Assembly: GCF_900232105.1 (NCBI RefSeq)
Contig: NZ_LT934425.1
Coordinates: forward strand, 3,960,001-3,992,000
Length of the DNA stretch: 32,000 nucleotides
Source of the DNA: Candidatus Kuenenia stuttgartensis
GTDB lineage: Bacteria > Planctomycetota > Brocadiia > Brocadiales > Brocadiaceae
Direction of reading: 5' to 3'
Below, piece after piece: positions 28,932 through 32,000 of this stretch. Each line of letters opens with the position of its first letter. The stretch's first letter is position 1. A program made the translations under genes and the position numbers. Below the pieces are notes generated by a model. The model was not told the DNA's origin and did no database searches. It saw nothing but the letters and a program-made list of their open reading frames with translations.

Positions 28932-29017
28932 CTCGAAGAGAAAGCAAGAATCACAGGAAATTTAAAACCCGGTATTCTTGTATTTTCTGTCTTCCTCAGA
29001 TTAGGAGAATAAAATCA

Positions 29018-29272
29018 ATGCCCACAATCTTATACATAAATGGTTGGAGGATTTACTTTTTTGCAAACGAAAGCAATGAGTCTATTCATGTGCATTGCCA
29101 GAAATCAGAGAAAAGATGCAAATACTGGCTTGATAAAGAGCTTTTTGAAATCGAAGAGGCGCATAGTTATAATATGAATAATAAAGACAAACGAATCGTG
29201 CGTAAAATTATTTTTGAACATTTCGACTACATCGTTGAGCAATGGGAGAAATTTGAAGAAAGGAAATGGTAA
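29018..29272 (+). CDS. DUF4160-family protein
   Basis: MPTILYINGWRIYFFANESNESIHVHCQKSEKRCKYWL, then the DUF2442-like gene overlapping its 3' end. Confidence 0.85.
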   Translation: MPTILYINGWRIYFFANESNESIHVHCQKSEKRCKYWLDKELFEIEEAHSYNMNNKDKRIVRKIIFEHFDYIVEQWEKFEERKW

Positions 29273-29541
29273 TGGAAAAAGCTCATATAGTGGAAAACCT
29301 TGAAATCACCGCAGATGAAATTCGTATGAAGATAGACGGAAAACAACATTCGTTTAAGATAGCCGAGATATCGCAACGGCTGAAAAAAGCAACACAGAAA
29401 GAGCGAGAATACTTCGAGATATGCCCTACCGGGTACGGCATACATTGGCCGCTTATTGACGAAGATCTGTCAATTGACGGACTCCTTGGCATAAAGCACA
29501 TACCGAAAAGGCTGAAAACAAAAGAAACTACGGTAAAATAA
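29272..29541 (+). CDS. DUF2442-family protein (alternative start 29266)
   Basis: GKQHSFKIAEISQRLKKATQKEREYFEICPTGYGIHWPLIDEDLSIDGLLG is a recognisable DUF2442 pattern. Usual partner of DUF4160. Confidence 0.85.
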   Translation: MEKAHIVENLEITADEIRMKIDGKQHSFKIAEISQRLKKATQKEREYFEICPTGYGIHWPLIDEDLSIDGLLGIKHIPKRLKTKETTVK

Positions 29542-29795
29542 CAGGGTATTCCGTCAGGCAGACAGGATTTCGGACGGCGGAATTCTGATTGCAGATGGTT
29601 TTAATTCTGAAGGTGTATAAAGAAAAAGAATGCGCAAAGCAAGACAGGATGATATGCAGGGAAAAGGAAAAGACTGGAAATTCCTCTGGGAAGAACTATG
29701 CATAAAATAACGTTTTTACCCGATGCCGAGGATACTTTTAAAAAATAAGATAAACCTGCAACACAGGACTGGGGGGCAAAACTGAGGGGAATTAG

Positions 29796-29829
29796 GGTAC
29801 ACATCCCATATTTTTTAGGGATGTGTACC
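29796..29829. repeat. Perfect 12-bp stem-loop
   Basis: ggtacacatccc (29796-29807) / gggatgtgtacc (29818-29829) with a T-rich 10-nt loop, 45 nt upstream of the ATG at 29874. Confidence 0.7.
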
Positions 29830-29873
29830 TATAATTTACTTTTATAAGAATCTTTTGGTAAAAGGAGTCTCAA

Positions 29874-30149
29874 ATGATAGATGTAAAACAAGCCAGCAAA
29901 TTAGCTATAGAATATTTCACGACTTTATTTGAAAATAAGTATAGTAATTTAACCCTTGAAGAGGTAGAGGTCTCGGGAGATGGTAAATATTGGTATATAA
30001 CACTTGGTTACGATATAGACAAACCTTTTTCTGTCACACTTCCTCTTAGAAAGACAGGGAGAGAATATAAGCGTTTCAAGATAGATGTTGAATCAGGCAA
30101 AGTCTTATCAATGCAAATTAGAAAACCTGACCAAATTCAGAACTTCTGA
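29874..30149 (+). CDS. Small hypothetical protein
   Basis: 91-aa ORF with RBS aaaggag; YWYITLGYDIDKPFSVTLPLRKTGREYKRFKIDVESGKVLSMQIR. Confidence 0.6.
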   Translation: MIDVKQASKLAIEYFTTLFENKYSNLTLEEVEVSGDGKYWYITLGYDIDKPFSVTLPLRKTGREYKRFKIDVESGKVLSMQIRKPDQIQNF

Positions 30150-30401
30150 TCCGTGGAATTCTGTTTGATGCCAAATTGCAAGAAGTGCAGTCGCTCACAC
30201 GTATCCATGTTGCTTATTTTCCTGTATGTATGCACCACACAAGCAGATTCGGCGGACAATACTCCTTTTTTATGAAAATAGGGATCACATCATTTTCCAA
30301 TCAGCAAGGAAACGACTTCTTTCTGTCTATCACATATCTAACTATAATTGTTAGACTTGGATGTTTTTTACTGAAAAATACATTTCAGGAGTTTTGAATT
30401 T

Positions 30402-30884
30402 ATGGATTATATAAAAATTTTTAATAAATATCGTAATAAAGGCGTGCTGATAGATTCAAATCTCCTTATATTATTTTTTGTCGGCACATATAATCAATCG
30501 ACCATTCAATGTTTTAAAAGAACGCAAAAATATAACATCGAAGATTTTGAACTATTAGAGTCCTTTATTAAGTATTTTAAAAAGGTAGTTACTACCCCTA
30601 ACATTTTGACGGAGGTAAGCAATTTGTGTGGAAAGCTACCAGAGATATTTAAGTTAGAATTTGCTAAACATATTGAACTGTTAGATGAATATTATACTCC
30701 CAGTCGCCATATCAGTAAATTAGAACATTTTAAAAAGTACGGTCTTACGGATTCTGGTATTATAAATTTAGTGAAAGGGGAATACCTTGTTTTGTCAGAT
30801 GATTGGCCACTTGTTAGTTTTATGCAGGTAAAAAATATTGATACAATAAATTTCAATCATTTAAGGTATGTCAATTGGAGTTAA
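30402..30884 (+). CDS. PIN-like domain protein (putative ribonuclease/toxin)
   Basis: GVLIDSNLLILFFVG near the N-terminus, TTPNILTEVSNLCG, HFKKYGLTDSGIINL, LVLSDDWPLVSFM: acidic residues spaced as in PIN domains. Confidence 0.7.
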   Translation: MDYIKIFNKYRNKGVLIDSNLLILFFVGTYNQSTIQCFKRTQKYNIEDFELLESFIKYFKKVVTTPNILTEVSNLCGKLPEIFKLEFAKHIELLDEYYTPSRHISKLEHFKKYGLTDSGIINLVKGEYLVLSDDWPLVSFMQVKNIDTINFNHLRYVNWS

Positions 30885-30901
30885 AGGAGAAGATGACCTG
30901 A

Positions 30902-30954
30902 GGGGTCAAATCTCTATTATTGGCGTACCCAGCAAGGTTGGGCTTGAGGCACAA
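30902..30954 (+). repeat. Diverged dispersed repeat, copy 2
   Basis: ggggtcaaatctctattattggcgtacccagcaaggttgggcttgaggcacaa; see copy 1 at 28888-28931. Confidence 0.45.
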
Positions 30955-31055
30955 AACCCAACGGTTAAATGTCGCGAACGGCAGTGAAACTGGGACTTTC
31001 TTTTTGATGTAACGAGTTTCGCAGGTTGGCCTGAATAATTTGAATCGTTGGGTTT
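30954..31055. repeat. Long imperfect palindrome with 10-bp perfect ends
   Basis: aaacccaacg (30954-30963) pairs with cgttgggttt (31046-31055). Inner arms also pair, for example gttaaat/atttgaat and gaaact/agtttc. Confidence 0.6.
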
Positions 31056-31168
31056 CGCTTCGCTCAACTCAACTCAACACGACTTATTTAACAAAAAATG
31101 TATATCGGATATACGTATTAAGAAAATTGCTTGTGGTAAAATGATAAAAAGATGAATCTGGGGTAGAC

Positions 31169-31420
31169 ATGACCAGTATCAAAGAGATAAAATTTATCGT
31201 AATGTTAACGTCGGAAGACAGATATCGTCATTGTCATATTAGATTCAAAAGACAAGTTATCCGTTTTGCTGTACAATACGAAACCAAATTTTAAGGCAAG
31301 TGGCTGCCTGTGGTGAGATATGATACAGAACACGGTTTCGCCCATCGCGATTTATTAGACAAAGAAGGTATAGTAAAAAGCATTTATTTTTATAAAAATC
31401 TGTTTTTTTCTTGCATTTGA
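31169..31420 (+). pseudogene. DUF7718-like small protein interrupted by an in-frame TAA (31292-31294)
   Basis: Translation MTSIKEIKFIVMLTSEDRYRHCHIRFKRQVIRFAVQYETKF*GKWLPVVRYDTEHGFAHRDLLDKEGIVKSIYFY stays in one frame across a single stop. Family name from memory. Confidence 0.55.
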
Positions 31421-31446
31421 ATTGTTTCTAGAGTATTAAATTCTGC

Positions 31447-32000
31447 ATGAATCCATTTCTCAGTGAAAAAACCCGAATAGAATTTAAAAAAGCACATAAG
31501 AAAGAGCCTCATAGACGTCATGCCGACCGAATCAAAGCTATACTTCTTCTTGATTCAGGATGGAGTTATGAAGAAGTAGCAGAAGCGCTCTTGTTAGACG
31601 ATCAAACAATCAGGAATTACGAAAAACTATACAAAGATAAAGGTTTCGACGGGCTTTTATCTGACAATTATGTTGGCTGTATGCCAAAACTCACTTGCGA
31701 ACAAGAAGAACAATTAAAAGATCATATCAGGAAAAACAACTATAGCGCGGCAAAAGAAATTGTTGAATATGTAAAACAGACATTCAATAAAATCTATACA
31801 CCCGAAGGAATGGTACATACCCTCGATAGATTAGGCTTTACTTACAAGAAAACTACAATAGTTCCAGGCAAAGCAAACCCTGAAAAACAAAAAGAATTTA
31901 TCGAAAACTACAAACAACTCAAAGAAGAGAAAGCCCCTGGAGATAAGATACTTTTTATGGATGGAGTTCATCCACAGCACAATTCTACGTCTGCATATTG
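31447..32000 (+). CDS. IS630-like transposase, 3' end outside the window
   Basis: Open frame MNPFLSEKTRIEFKKAHKKEPHRRHADRIKAILLLDSGWSYEEVAEALLLDDQTIRNYEKLYKDKGFDGLLSDNYVGCMPKL (HTH), then FMDGVHPQHNSTSAYW (DDE start), running off the window. Absent from the ORF track. Confidence 0.88.
   Translation, partial: MNPFLSEKTRIEFKKAHKKEPHRRHADRIKAILLLDSGWSYEEVAEALLLDDQTIRNYEKLYKDKGFDGLLSDNYVGCMPKLTCEQEEQLKDHIRKNNYSAAKEIVEYVKQTFNKIYTPEGMVHTLDRLGFTYKKTTIVPGKANPEKQKEFIENYKQLKEEKAPGDKILFMDGVHPQHNSTSAY

Noticed and set aside
30176-30397. 73-aa ORF between the 91-aa and PIN-like genes
   Set aside because: No clear RBS, no recognisable domain, cysteine/phenylalanine-rich biased composition; not supported as a gene.
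27152-31440. Possible CRISPR array or tandem direct repeats in the accessory island
   Set aside because: No regularly spaced repeat units; only the two diverged dispersed copies and isolated palindromes were seen.

Overview
This looks like a chromosomal window from an anammox-type planctomycete; the taxonomy is inferred from gene content only. Left third (1-12170) is mostly housekeeping or metabolic. It holds the 3' part of a very long, GC-rich cyclic beta-glucan synthase/GH94-like gene (NdvB-like), dnaJ, cbiG-cobJ/cbiH, and a complete four-gene group 3b-like [NiFe] (sulf)hydrogenase operon. The middle (about 12180-21120) is a mobile-element junkyard: a truncated integron/phage-type integrase; a 3'-truncated IS1634-like transposase abutting a multi-gene transposon (CHC2 zinc-finger protein, ExeA/TniB-like ATPase, frameshifted rve integrase, zinc-finger DUF6431-like protein); an IS1380-like remnant; an EcsC-family gene; and a second, intact IS1634-like element with 12-bp inverted ends. 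The right part (21161-31420) is an AT-rich accessory island. Its core is a tightly packed operon: dynamin-like GTPase, small two-TM-like protein, HerA/DUF87-type ATPase, restriction-endonuclease-fold toxin-like protein, and two conserved-hypothetical-like proteins. This is the best candidate for an undescribed, defence-like system. Downstream are small TA-like modules (DUF4160/DUF2442 pair, PIN-like protein, a broken DUF7718-like gene) with palindromic and dispersed repeats, then an IS630-like transposase running off the window. No rRNA, tRNA or CRISPR array was recognised. All family calls come from reading motifs by eye; no database search was run.
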